Shown here: piece by piece, positions 50,149-63,590 of the stretch | Numbering within the stretch: the stretch's first letter is position 1 | Layout of the letters: each line of letters opens with the position of its first letter | Source: Selaginella moellendorffii | Taxonomy: Eukaryota; Plantae; Lycopodiophyta | Direction of reading: 5' to 3' | Assembly: GCF_000143415.4 (NCBI RefSeq) | Contig: NW_003314284.1 | Coordinates: 912,693-976,692, forward strand | Length of the DNA: 64,000 nt | Made by a program: the position numbers and the translations under genes | The notes under the pieces: generated by a model | What the model saw: the letters and a program-made list of their open reading frames with translations, nothing else | The model's database searches: none | What the model was told of the DNA's origin: nothing

Positions 50149-53100
50149 CTGAAATGAAATGCGTCAGCATAAAAAATGGTACAAGTCAATTTTACCATCT
50201 ACAATATTAGTGAATGGTGCTCCCAATGGTCGTTCAGAGGGTTTTGGTCGAGGAAACGTGAAGGGCGGAAATACTCTCCTCTGCAATGTGGGGTCAATCG
50301 CATCCGATGGCGTGTGGGCACATGCCATTTCAGCTGTAGACTCTGGTACAACTGGCTCAACAGTGGCATGGGGTGGTTCCGATGGCGTGTGATCACACGC
50401 CATTTCAGCTGGTGCCTCCGTTGGCAAAGTGGACATGACCGAACAGGCAGCAGGGGTGGTGTAGGGAGGTTCCAACGGCGCGTAGTCAGACGATTGGGCA
50501 CACGTTGGAAATGAGGATACGACCGGCTCGGCGGCTGGGGCGGCCTCATGCGGGTCCAATGGCGCCTGGTCACCGTCAGTTGGATACGTGGACAAGATTG
50601 ACTCAGTGGTATGGGCAGCATCAAGTGGAGCGTGGTCAGCTTGCTTGGCGTTGATATGGATAGTAGCCTCCACCAGCTCTGATGACTCTTGCAGGCAAGT
50701 AGAGTCCACTGGCGGATCCATATGCATGTCCAAATATCTCCCTTCGATTGAGATGGTATCCTCCCGTGCTACTAAAAACAAACTCATTAGCACATTGAAT
50801 CGACTATACTGTATTTACCATCAACTGCTATTGAGGAACTAGGACCGATATCACTTGGGCGCACTGCTGATTCTGAAGGATTGGACATACGTTTCGACCC
50901 TTGCTTGGCACTATCCTTCCTCGACACTAAAGGCTAGAGTTTGTATCTTAATTCAACTGAATAATCTCTACTTACCATTTCTTCTGCGACCTACATGGAC
51001 AATGTTAGAAATGGTAAAAGGTTAGGAATGGATGTACTATTATTTACCTGATGGTTTGTCTTGTATGACCTTCCTCCGCTGCTCTTTGGCCACCTCAGGC
51101 TGGCCATCATCGTCATCATCGTCATCGTCGTTATTGTGATCGTCACCATTGTGAGGACCATCCAAGTCCTCTTCGTCCTCCTCTTCTTCGTCCTCCTCTT
51201 CTTCGTCCTCCTCTTCGTCCTTCTGCTCTTCCTGCTCATTATCTTTCTCTGGCTCCTCATCCCCCTCTTGCATTTCTTCCATAGGCTGCTCAGGCTGGAT
51301 TGCTTGTTTTTCCAGGACCATCTTGGAAAAATCATCTGGCCGAGTCTCCATCTCAAAATACAAGACATCCATAGCCTATTTTAGTGCGTGACCTAGGACC
51401 GTATCCTCACCCGACTGTCTTAACATGGTTTCTGCACGTTCTTGCACCCTTCGAAGACGACGAGATGAGAAAAACGTGGCCCTGACTTGAAAAGCATCCC
51501 TCATCCATTGTACCTCTCCATTGAGATTGGGGAAGGGGAGTCCGCCATAGGAATCTGAGTCAGAAGGTGGTGACTGGCTCCTTTCACTCAGCCCTTGATC
51601 TGCAATGAATGGCATGAGCCCCTACGTCATAACCGCGAGGCATTACCTATCATCTTTCGATTCAAACGCCTCTGATCCCGACGACTGTCCAACGTGCTTT
51701 CGCTTTTTATGACCACTGTCAGTTTGAGCTTGGCTGGTGCTTGCCTGTTTTGCCTTTGAAGAAGTGTCTCCTGCAAGGAATGGCATGAGACCACACGCCA
51801 TTGCAAATATAATTTGTACCTCCTTTTTTCCTATTGCTTGTCTGTTTGTCCTTCTTCGACGCGCCACCAGTGCGCTTTTCAGTCCTCGTGTCTGAATATT
51901 CACAACGATCTATAATCAAAATGGCGTGAGGCCTCACGTGACCTTACCTTGTGCAGGTTGTGACCTCGGCCTAACATCAGTAGCTGTTAACGCCGTTTCA
52001 GCATCTGGGGGTGGCCACGCTCCTGCATACAGAGCTTGTGAGATAACATTTAAACTTAAAGTGCGTACTCACCAGGTTCGCAGAGAAGATACTGTTTTTC
52101 TTTGGCAACTGTAATTATATGCTCCATTGAAGTCACCTCTTCAATGGAGTTTGTCACCGCAACACACGGGACACCCTTGAGTAGTGCGGCTCGAAAGAAT
52201 AGTCCGCCGCAGTTGTACTCGACAACGCATTTGCCCTTGGAGTCACCCGCTATTGCGTTGAAGACCTAGCTGAGCATTTCCCATGCTGCACCTGGAGCTT
52301 TCTTTGGATTCGAAAGCTCCATAGCCGTCTTCAGTTCCTCAGGCACGGGTAAATTGACCTCCCTCAGATCAATTCGATCGGCTTTGTTGAACGAAGCTGG
52401 GAAGTCACTCCAGTCCCACTCTGCTGCAGGACCAATAACAAGGGCGACTGTGAAGATGCGGACATTCGTCGGTATCTTCTTCTTAGCCATTATCCCATGG
52501 ATCTCCCGCATCTCCTTGCCTTTCAACCGAGCCTTCACCTCGTTCAAGGCCTTCCAGAACTTGTGATAGGATTCGGAGTCGTAGATCATATAGTGGACTG
52601 AAGATTCCACTTCCGCAAGTCCCACCATTAAGTCAATGATGGAGCTGACTTCGTCTGCATGAGTGATCTCCTCGTTTGTGAAGTCCATCACACAAAAGAT
52701 GTTCTTGACCTGCTCATCTCCGCGGGAAACGATGCTCCTCCACCTTTGATCCTCATCCGAATTCACGTATACCCGGTAAGGTTCTCGATAGGCCTCTGCT
52801 GCGGGGTCGAGCTGTTTCTGAAGCCGGCAGTCGACATCCCTCTTAATGAAATTTGGATACTGATCCAACTTCTCAGCTTTACTTTTCGTGGCATCCCGCA
52901 GCAGATCGATGAACTTGGGGGCCCCCTTCACGTACTCGTCGATGTCTTCATTTGACAAGTCCAGCTCTTCCATCATCTCTTGCGTGGTGTCGATGCTCAC
53001 CCTCGCCACGGCCACTTGCTCGAAGATCCAATCCTTCAATAGCGCACGAGCTCTCAGAGTCGTGCACAAGTCCTCGTATGTCACAATATGGCCGGGAGTC

Positions 53101-54635
53101 ATTTTGGTCTTGTTGAAGACTACCTCACCAAGTAGAAGAGCATTAGCCACTGTCAGAAGGTCGTCGTCGTCTAGAGACCGCGAGAAACGCAAGGCGTTGA
53201 GCTTCAAATCATTGGGCTTCCGGCCGTCCTCCACACCCATTGAGTTTAGCAACTCCCCGTCATGGTACCTCCTTAGCACATCTACCCATTTGTCAAAAAC
53301 AACTTTTGTCGCGAGTAGAATGTTATGGATGCTGAGTGTGTCATTGACCCCCAGTGTTTTCGAGAGAAGACTCGAGAATTCCTGCAATGGAAATGGCGTG
53401 AGGCCACATGCTATGCCACATGCAACGAGGCTTACCTGCCAGGCGCTAGTTGCTAGTGCACGTCCTTGTCCTGGTTTTTGTGGCTTCTTCAGTTGAACCC
53501 AGAGCTTCCGTGTTCGTGCCAATGTCTCGTGCAGACCCGATTTGTAGCACGTTTCTTGCTTGACATTCTGCGCGTGGGAGATGTATATGATAGATCGGAG
53601 GGGCGAGTTGCCTTTTATCAGGCGGACAACTCTTGTCTTGAAGACTTTCTTCACCTCCTCGCCCACCATAATATCCACAACTATCTCTTGCATCGCCAAG
53701 CTAGAATGCTGCCCGGAGACGGCATAGAACCGGATGTTCTGATCGTCCAATACCTTCCTATTGATCAAGTCTGGAAACCTCGTCTCGCCCTTCATTGTTC
53801 GGTAGTAGGGGATCACGTCTGCGATGTCGGGTGTTACTGGACTTGCCAGCATCTTCTGCTTCAGTTTCTCCACCCACTCATCAGATACTAGCCTGTGGTT
53901 GTATTTGCTTTGGATCTCGATACGGCTCACGTCGATTGTATATACTTTGTTGGAATAGTAACAAGTACTATTATCTGCGACGATTTTTGCTGCCTCTTCT
54001 TGCTCTTTCTGCTCTTTGCGGCTCTTCTTTTTGGTGGGTGTAGTGTTCGAACCCGAGGCAATGGCATCACCGAGTAGCTTCTTTTTTGGAGCAGCAGAGT
54101 CGGACGTCGGCTTGAGCTTGACCACCCTTTTCTGCTTCGGGGTAGTTTCCAGATCGACCCCCTTCCCCTTCGCTTCGCAAACTGGAGGCACTCTCAACGG
54201 CTCAATGTTGGAATATAGTTTTTGAACATCGCCGTAGGTGAGGTCCGTGGATTCCATGTGATCTTCATAGACCCGCAGCGTCTTTGAAATTGTGGGCCTC
54301 CTGGACAACCTCTCCCTAGCTCCCTCTAGGAATTCCTCATAGCCGCTGCCCCCCTCCGGGAAGCCGCTAGGATGTGCAAGGTGGATCTTGAAGGCGGACG
54401 CTGTCTCTACCACAAGTGCCAGTCCATATTCTTGCATGGAACTGCATGGAGTGTCTGTCACTTGGATGAGGATCCCCATGCATTCTTTTCTCCCACCATC
54501 TGTGTTGTACAGCATCAGATCCTCGCCTTCCATCCCGAAAGTCCAACTGGTGAGCTCCTCCCCCTTCTCTGCATCCACATTGACAGTGGCTGGAAGAAGA
54601 ACGCAATTCCTCGCCTGTTCAAAAATGCACAACAA
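49286..54635 (-). pseudogene. Cargo gene of transposon copy 2 (ParB-like / MTase-like / acidic / HAD)
   Basis: 789-aa ORF 52266-54635 plus downstream exons. Lesions differ from copy 1: TAG at 52266 and 51376, and a ~20-nt deletion near 51660. The first exon(s) are probably upstream or in the gap. Confidence 0.7.
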
Positions 54636-57258
54636 TTAGAGCTGACAGATGAAAAGCTAGCAGCTGGAAATAACGTGAGGCCACACGCCATTCACCACTG
54701 CATCAGATGTCTTGAGGCTGCATCCTAAGATGGCGTGAGGCTACACGCCATCTGTAACCGGACTGCACTCGAGAGCCCAATCGGTGCATGCCAATGTTGC
54801 TACTGAATGGCATGTGGCCTCATGCCATTTTCTACTTCGTCTAGCAGACTTACCATTTGAAGCCGAATGGAGGCCGTGACAATCGAAGCCGGACTCGCTG
54901 GNNNNNNNNNNNNNNNNNNNNNNNNNNNNNNNNNNNNNNNNNNNNNNNNNNNNNNNNNNNNNNNNNNNNNNNNNNNNNNNNNNNNNNNNNNNNNNNNNNN
55001 NNNNNNNNNNNNNNNNNNNNNNNNNNNNNNNNNNNNNNNNNNNNNNNNNNNNNNNNNNNNNNNNNNNNNNNNNNNNNNNNNNNNNNNNNNNNNNNNNNNN
55101 NNNNNNNNNNNNNNNNNNNNNNNNNNNNNNNNNNNNNNNNNNNNNNNNNNNNNNNNNNNNNNNNNNNNNNNNNNNNNNNNNNNNNNNNNNNNNNNNNNNN
55201 NNNNNNNNNNNNNNNNNNNNNNNNNNNNNNNNNNNNNNNNNNNNNNNNNNNNNNNNNNNNNNNNNNNNNNNNNNNNNNNNNNNNNNNNNNNNNNNNNNNN
55301 NNNNNNNNNNNNNNNNNNNNNNNNNNNAGGGCCAAATGCTGAATGAGAAAAATTCCCTTTCAGTGCAAAGGTGCAAGGAGGCAGATGCCGAGCACAAAGG
55401 ACTGTAACTACCTCACATGACACAGATAAACTTTTCTCTATTTGGCAAAGATAAACTTTATAGCGTGTGGGCTCATGCAATTTTGAACCCAAAAAATGCA
55501 CCAAAAAATTCTCGGCGTCATCTGGCATTATCTCTTGAATGGCGTGGGGCCGCATGCCATTTTCAGGGGCACATAGGAGTATATTCCTAGGATATTCTGA
55601 TACGCGCGAGATTTTTTTGAGTTTTCTGGAGATCCAACCGTTAGATCGCAACTAGATTTTACAGAATGGTATACAATGTCTTTCTTGATGACCCTGCAAA
55701 GAAGCATCTCAATCGGACACCACATGAGACCACACGAGCCTTACAATGTTTCAGGGGCATTTGCCATAGATCCGACCGTTATTTTGCTCCAAGATTTCAC
55801 AGTTTGGTGTGCATTGACCTTTCCATCGAAACTGCAAAGGGACATCACAATCAGATGCGGGATCACAAGAAACTAACTTCACTAACTCTGGTTTCACCAA
55901 GATCTACGTAAGGAGTTATGAAATGAAAGGACCCTCTCTATTAAAATGTGTTTATGGTCCTAGGGGCATTGTGACATATCAAAGGATTTTGCATCAAGTT
56001 CTGTATTTGCATGTTTATCAAGTTACTGAATTGCTAAACCCTAAACCCTAAACATGTGGCAAATGCTGCGTGAAGAAAGATGCCCTTTCTGGGCAAATGC
56101 TGTAAGAGGCAGATGCCGAGCAGATGTATCTCAGGCTAGCGAAGGGGACAAACGAAAGCTAGCTATAAACATGACGGGATGCAAATAGATTACTAGGCTG
56201 GTCCTGCGAAAATCAAAAACCATAATTGAAAACATTGAAAATGCAAAAAGAAAGGTTTATAATATTTTTGAATTTTAAGCAACCAAAGGAATGTAAGTAG
56301 GGCATGTGTTTGTAAGTTTAAAAATGCCTCAACCACTTAAATTCCCAAGTAAATAAAGCTGTTTCTATTTTTGGTAAAGGTAAACTTTATAGCGTGTGGG
56401 CTCATGCAATTTTGAACCCAAAAATGCACCAAAAAATGCTCGACTAGCATTATTCTTTGAATGGCGTGTGGCCTTATATTGCCATAAATGGACGTACACA
56501 CAGAGCATAATTATTCCTTTACACGGCGAATAATCTTGGCGCGGATCGCTGACATGGCATGGCAAAGTTCGAATCACTGACATGGCACAGCTGGATCGAG
56601 GCAAGGACATGATGTGACAAAGTTCAACCTCCGACAGCAAAGTCTAGAAGCTACTCAGTTTGAAATTTGTCAGAGGAGTCATAAGATCTAGTTTGTCAGA
56701 GGATTTGATGTGACATTCAAGCGTGTGTTATTTTTGAATTCTCAAACTCATTCCTAGGTCTATCATTTTTGTGCGCCGTGTTCTTGGTTCCGCTGAGCGC
56801 AGTGAGCGCTGCTTGTGTAAGCGGCGTTGTGGGCTGTGGTTTATGCGTTTATGAGTGGTTGTGGCATTGCGAGCGCCATTGCGGGCGGCAGTTTATGCGA
56901 GTGGCAATTTGTGCGAGCGGCGCTACGAGCAGTTGCGGTGTTGCGAGCGGCACTACGAGTAGTTGCGGTGTTGCGAGCGGCACTGTCTTTGGTGTGGCTA
57001 CCTCTTCCTCTTGATATTCGGCACTTGTGCTTCCTGGTATGTTCACCATGGAATGGCTTAGGACNNNNNNNNNNNNNNNNNNNNNNNNNNNNNNNNNNNN
57101 NNNNNNNNNNNNNNNNNNNNNNNNNNNNNNNNNNNNNNNNNNNNNNNNNNNNNNNNNNNNNNNNNNNNNNNNNNNNNNNNNNNNNNNNNNNNNNNNNNNN
57201 NNNNNNNNNNNNNNNNNNNNNNNNNNNNNNNNNNNNNNNNNNNNNNNNNNNNNNNNNN

Positions 57259-60191
57259 TGGGAAAAGAAAGTACACCTTCCTAAAGCGCAGCCAAAGGGA
57301 TCTGAGCAACGAACCGAAAAGGCAGAAAATGGCGATGGAGGTTCGAATGGTCTCGACAGTTGCTTGTTGCAAGAGGAGGTGCTGTCAACATGCTGATTGG
57401 GATGCTATTGAAGAGGAGAGAGCAAGATACAAGACATTGTCCTGGAAGGCAGCTCGCAATTTTGTGTATGAGGCATTACGGTCATCTGTTGATGCTTCAG
57501 AACATCAGGTGGGGGGCATGGTCTTCCAGAGGGGTTTGGTCTGCATGAAGGCATGGAGAATCATTTATGGAGTCCCTCGAACCACATTCTACAGAATCAA
57601 AACTGAGTTCGAGGAACAAAGGGTTCAACAGGCAGTCCATGGGAACGACGGTACGCACAAAACCAGGGGTCATGTTGTATATAGAGAGGCAATCTTCAAG
57701 AGGTTTGTTGAGACATGTAGCGAGCAGCAACCACATAAAACCCGCCTCTTGGAAGATGGAACACGAGACACCCAACGAGTTCTCCCTTCCATGTATACCA
57801 AGGGGGCCATATTGGAAGATGTGAATCGGGAACTCCAGAGTAATGGCTACAGGAAGCTGAGCCAATCTAGATTTAGTAGATTGTGGAGCAACAGGTTCAG
57901 GGATGTGAGTATAGGAAAGTACTTCAGCTTTTCAAAGTGTGACGAGTGCACTGCTATCAAAATGGCTTTGTCGAAGAATTCTTGCAACGCTCAAGAGCGA
58001 GAGACGTTGGTTAGAAGGCGGCTCGACCACAACATCGAGCACAGAAGTTGCAGGACTGCATATTATCATAACAGGATTCTCTCCATGGAGAGACCTAACT
58101 CTTACCTCTGCATCATCCACGACAAAATGGACCAGAAAAAGACGTGCTTACCTCGACTCAATCCTGCCCCCAAGGCAATCTCTTCATCCATGCAGCTGCC
58201 TGTGTCTCTGTTTGGCATAATCGCTCATGGGCATGGTGCCCAGAACTATGGGAACTTCTTTGTACCTCTATGGGGTGGCGGGGGTGCAAACATGATGATT
58301 GCGTCCTTAGCAAAACACTTAAGGTCTCTGCAAAGTGCGCAAACTGAGCTGAACGGCCAACCCTTGCATAAGGCCCTTGTCGATCGAACCCCATACAGGG
58401 TTCAGCTGGAGGAGGAGCAAAGGCTTGCAGTATCGCGTGGGGCCCCATGCCATCCCAGTGAATATGTTGGCCGTCAGATTGTAGGGTTATCACGTGAGGC
58501 CTCATGCCATTCCGACGAGGCTGGTCGCCCGGTGAATGCACAGCCTCATCCAAACGAAGCAGAATCTCAAGGAAGTTCTTGCGGCCGATGTGGCCTTCCA
58601 CCCCATCTTCTGCTCCAAACAGACAATGCTGGCAGTGAGAACAAAAACATGTACGTCTTCGCGTACTTGGCGATGCTTGTTGCCAAAGGCATATTTGAAA
58701 CGGTTACACTTGGCTTTCTCATGGTTGGGCACACTCATGAAGACGTCGATGCCATGTTCAGTCACCTGGCAGAGTCCCTCCGGCGATCCAATGTCCTCAC
58801 CCTCCCACAACTCTACGATGAATTCCAAAATTGCATCAAAGGCCTTGTTGAAGCTGCACTTCTAACAGAGGTTCCAGACTTTAAGGGGTTTGTAAGAAGC
58901 TACATCAGGGACGGATCCGAAACGCTGATTGGCNNNNNNNNNNNNNNNNNNNNNNNNNNNNNNNNNNNNNNNNNNNNNNNNNNNNNNNNNNNNNNNNNNN
59001 NNNNNNNNNNNNNNNNNNNNNNNNNNNNNNNNNNNNNNNNNNNNNNNNNNNNNNNNNNNNNNNNNNNNNNNNNNNNNNNNNNNNNNNNNNNNNNNNNNNN
59101 NNNNNNNNNNNNNNNNNNNNNNNNNNNNNNNNNNNNNNNNNNNNNNNNNNNNNNNNNNNNNNNNNNNNNNNNNNNNNNNNNNNNNNNNNNNNNNNNNNNN
59201 NNNNNNNNNNNNNNNNNNNNNNNNNNNNNNNNNNNNNNNNNNNNNNNNNNNNNNNNNNNNNNNNNNNNNNNNNNNNNNNNNNNNNNNNNNCCGCCCTCGT
59301 GAACAGAAGCTGAGAGCCACAGCTCTCCCGAGAGCCCCGCTCTCTTGACACCCTACCCCTCGGGTCGAGCCCAGCGGGAGCAAACTGGACCAGCCAAATG
59401 TCAATGAACATGTGGTGCGATTCCCCTAGCCAACAAACAGAGTCGGACCCGAGACCGCTCCGATACCAAATGTAAGCTCCGTGGCTGCCAGTGGACGGCA
59501 TTGAACTCTTCAAGAGAGATCCCATAACTGGGGAACCTATGATTCCTCAGGGTTCCCCACGGCCGATGCACCCGGATGGACTCAAAGACCAGGAAAGTAT
59601 AGTGGCCGGGATTAGACAGCATATTGCCTTCTGGAAGAGGGGGTTGGTGTTTGGTGGAGAATCCTATTTTCAGAGGTGCAAGCCTTTGCTCGAATACTGG
59701 GAGAAGATTATATCTGCTATCCAAAATGGGCCGGTTGTATATGAAGAATTGGAAGAGTCCTTTTGGCCAGAACCCAGAGCACCAGATAGTAGCGGAACAA
59801 TGTCCTCTGGAAATGCAGTGACAGATAACGATGTTGAGGATCATTATTGTGGGCCGAGGAACAAGAAGCCGGATTCAGCATTCAATCCAGTACAGGTCTG
59901 CAAAGGAATGGTCGTGCTTGTCAGACCCAGTAATAAAAAACAAATGATATGGGTGGGGCGCTGCATCACTGATGCAGAGGATGACGCGGAAACTAACTCC
60001 TTCAATGTAACTGTGGAGTGGTTCAAGCCAAGTTCCGGATATACGAAGGATTGCCTAGAAAAGAGATGGGTGTTGAATCCAAGGGATCCCAGCATGAGCA
60101 TATCGGTGGATAATGTTGTGCATGGTTGGATGCGGAAGCAGAGTGCCACCATCACCTTGCCAGACCATGCAAGAGATGCAGCAAGAGCATT
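57259..60191 (+). CDS. Transposase of copy 2 (partial; open in all sequenced parts, interrupted by gaps and a foreign 190-bp segment)
   Basis: Open frames ~57260-58933 and 59481-60191, with the same DDD motifs as copy 1. Confidence 0.8.
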
Positions 60192-61215
60192 NNNNNNNNN
60201 NNNNNNNNNNNNNNNNNNNNNNNNNNNNNNNNNNNNNNNNNNNNNNNNNNNNNNNNNNNNNNNNNNNNNNNNNNNNNNNNNNNNNNNNNNNAGAGAAAAA
60301 AAAAGAGAAAAGGAAGGAGGTGAGTTAGGATAAGATATTAGAATGAAGAAGAGTTTTCCAAAGCTTCGCAGTGGAGATTACTTACAGGGGAAACAATTTT
60401 TTAGAAGAAATGGGCAAACATTGAACACTATTCGAAATAAAGCCCCAGTAGCTTCAGGGCCACCATATTCAAAGCAAAACAAATGGGCCCGGAAGAAGGG
60501 ATGGTAGTACCCACTGAGAGTACCAAAAAGGAGGTGTCCACTAGCGCTTAGGCTTATAATGGCGTGTGCCCTCGTGCCATTTACTTGATCACCAAATACC
60601 TTTTGCCCTTTGCACTAGTATATCTTAATACCGGTCTGAGAAATAGAATGGCATGTGCCCTCAGGCCTTTTACTAAATCACCTTTGAAAGAAATGCAAGC
60701 CTCTATGTCGTAAAAAAAAGGTACTAGAGAAATTCCTTAATAATATGAATGTTATTTAGTTTCATGAAAATACACTAAGGGTCAAATGAGTTAAATGACT
60801 TCTCCAGACTAGCAATGCCTCTTGCTACACCTTCACAATTAGATTCGTTAGAAAAAGATAACATTGAATAATATCTAAATGTTCTCACCATTAAGTTATA
60901 TGTCTGGCTAATAGGAATGATGTTCATCTTGGAAAGCTCACCACACGCTCAATGAACAAACAAATAGTGTGTGCGCGCATGCCATCGCTCTTCTTTAGCT
61001 TCAGATTCGGCTTGTTCACCTTGACAATGAGATTTATTATACAACTAGATGGACTCAGTCTGGACATAAGGTCACCGCGCTAGTCACCATGCCCCAGATA
61101 TGTCTAGCCCCTGGACAAAAAACATATAATTTCACGTCATTTTCAAATACTTGAAAATTTGTACCTAATCCCATTTTACTGAATAAATCCCACTTTAACG
61201 AAATAGAGCTTTCAG

Positions 61216-63590
61216 GATGTCGTCAATATAGACGACCACGAAGCGATCCAGATAGGGTACAAAGATGTGGTTCATCAACGCCGAAAACGTTGCCGGCGCA
61301 TTGCACAGCCCAAAGGGCATCACCAAAAACTCAAAGCTCTCATACCTCGTTTGACAGGTTGTCTTCTCGACATCTTCCTCAGCTACCCTGATTTGGTAGT
61401 ATCCTGACCTTAGGTCAATCCTCGAGAAGTATTTTGCCTTTCCCAACCTATCGAACAGGTCCTCGATCCTTGGCAAAGGGTACTTGTTCTTCTTGGTATA
61501 CTTGTTGAGCAACCGGTAGTCTATGCACATGCGCATAGATCCATCTTTCTTTTTCACAAATAGCACCGGCGCCCTATATGGCGACTTGCTCAACCTAACA
61601 TACCCTTTGTCCACCAACTCCTCTAGTTGGCTCTTGAGCTCCTTGAGTTCTTTTTCGTTCAATCGATAGGGTGGACGAACCACCGCCTCAGCACCCTCGA
61701 CCAGCTCAATCTTATGTTCTATCGGTCATGCGGGGGGCAACCCGCCGGTAGCTCCTCCGGCATCGTATCCTGGAATTGGTCCAGCACCTACTGGATCACT
61801 AAAGGTACTTCTTCCGTTCTTGTCTTTTTGTCACTCTTCACCGAGAGTAAGCACAAAAAGGCTGCCTTAGTTCCTTTAGTGAGTTGTCCTCTCGTGGACA
61901 CCAGGTTTAAGCATGACTCTTTGGCCTTGCTTTGCCCTACCTTTAGATCCTGGGCCTCCACCCTAGATCTTCTTCCTTGGGCATTCGCCAATACCACAAG
62001 GTTCCTACCTTGTCTATGCAGGGCTACCACGAACCGATTAAACCAATCCATTCCGAAGATCATGTCAAATCCCGCCATGTCCAAGACGGTGAAATCCATG
62101 TCCACTTTCCATGTCCCCACTTCGACTCTCGCTTGTCGAAGTACCTCATCGGTGCTTTGGCTACCTTGAACAAACTCTATAGTCCTTGGTTCGCCTAGCC
62201 GCTGCACCGTTAGTCCGGCTTGCCGGACTATGTCTGCAGCCACAAAATTATCCGAAGCACCCGTGTCAATAAGGATCTTAACAAAGCTACCTCCGAGCTT
62301 CCCTCGGAGGGCTAGTAGATGTCGCGAACGACTCTCTACCAAAGTTGCTCGTGTAATGAGTAACTTTGAGTTAGGGACTGGATCACATACCTCAGTTTGG
62401 ACTTCACCCGACTTGATGGCCATATTGGCTCTGGCCTTCTTCGGGTAGGGACATTCCCTCGAGAAGTGTCCCGCTTCGCCGCAGTTGTAGCATACGTTGT
62501 TTCCCACGCTGCTATACGACTTGACCTTCTTATCCGTGGGTTTGTCTTTTTTCGCTTGACTCCCCCACGTACTCGCTCGCTGGCCACCGGATTTGCCTTT
62601 CCGGAACCCCGAGGACTCATTCTTAGAGAAACTCTTTTTGAATTTCCCCTTGCTATACGTTCCCCTTGGTTTGGCCCCTTTGCTAAATGTGGATCCCGAC
62701 CCCGTCGTGTTCCCCTTTCGCAGGTTATCGTTGAAATGCACCTTGATGGCCGCATCCAACGCTTCCTTGTAGTTGGTCGGGTTCCACCGCATCACCTCAC
62801 CGCGAGCCCAGGTTTGCAAACCTGATATGAAGGCATGGAACGCATCCATATCCCCCATATCCGTGACCAGTATCCTCTTTGCCATGAACCCATTCACATA
62901 TTCCTGGATGGTTCCAGTCTGCTTCAGCCTACTCAGCTCATCTCTCAGATGCAAAGTGGCATTCGGAGGAACGTATGTTGCGCGGATCCTCGCCTTCATT
63001 ATGTCCCAAGTGGCCACTGGTCCTTCGTTGGCCTCCGTCGTTCTCCACCAAGACTTGGCATTATCTGCCAAGTATGGTTTTGCACATGGGACCTTCTCCG
63101 AGCTCGGTAACCGCAACGCTCGGAAGTAGTCCTCCATATCGTAAAACCAATCCTCCACCACCTTATAGTCGTTCACTCCCTTGAAGACTGGTGGGGGCTT
63201 TGGTTTGTACTTGGGAACTGTCTGAGGGACTGATTCTACTTCGGTTTGTTCGACCTTGTTTGGTTTTGCCTCAGTCCCGGCCGAAAGATCCGCACCTTCT
63301 GCGCTGCCAGCATCCGCAGTCTTTTTCTTTTTCTTCCGCCTCTCGTCACGCTTTAGCTTGCGTACGAGAGTTTCCAGCAGGGCATTGGTCTGTGCCAACT
63401 GTCCTTCTAGCACGTCCAATCGAGCCTTGGACGACCGAACCTCGCCACCGGACTCCTGTTTGGAAGTTTCCTCACTAGAGTCCTCCTCATGCAAGGATTC
63501 CTCATCCATAGCCTCTTGTTCGACTGGAGGCTCCAGCTCCGGCGGAGGTTCCGTCTCCGCCTGGGTTCGCTTACGCCCTGCCCTTGCCAT
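61216..63590 (-). pseudogene. B2 gag-protease (600-aa ORF 61788-63590) and N-terminal RT
   Basis: Gag, CCHC knuckle and DTGAS protease are in one frame. Stops near 61788 and 61727. RT continues to YIDDIL at the transposon junction. Confidence 0.92.

Larger units (their letters stand above)
48855..61211 (+). mobile_element. Large TIR DNA transposon, copy 2, inserted in the YIDDIL-IYS region of the B2 RT
   Basis: Perfect 24-bp TIRs (48855-48878 and 61188-61211). TSD TCAG at 48851-48854 and 61212-61215. Removing the element and one TSD restores the RT sequence seen in B1 (~34435-34460). Contains four N gaps. Confidence 0.95.

Noticed and set aside
54741-60333. ORFs containing long X runs
   Set aside because: They are artefacts of N gaps (54902-55327, 57065-57258, 58934-59290, 60192-60291).
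60292-60515. Apparently novel or highly diverged segment in transposon copy 2
   Set aside because: It aligns loosely, with many indels, to 14935-15135 and abuts a gap. This is most likely a low-quality read end.
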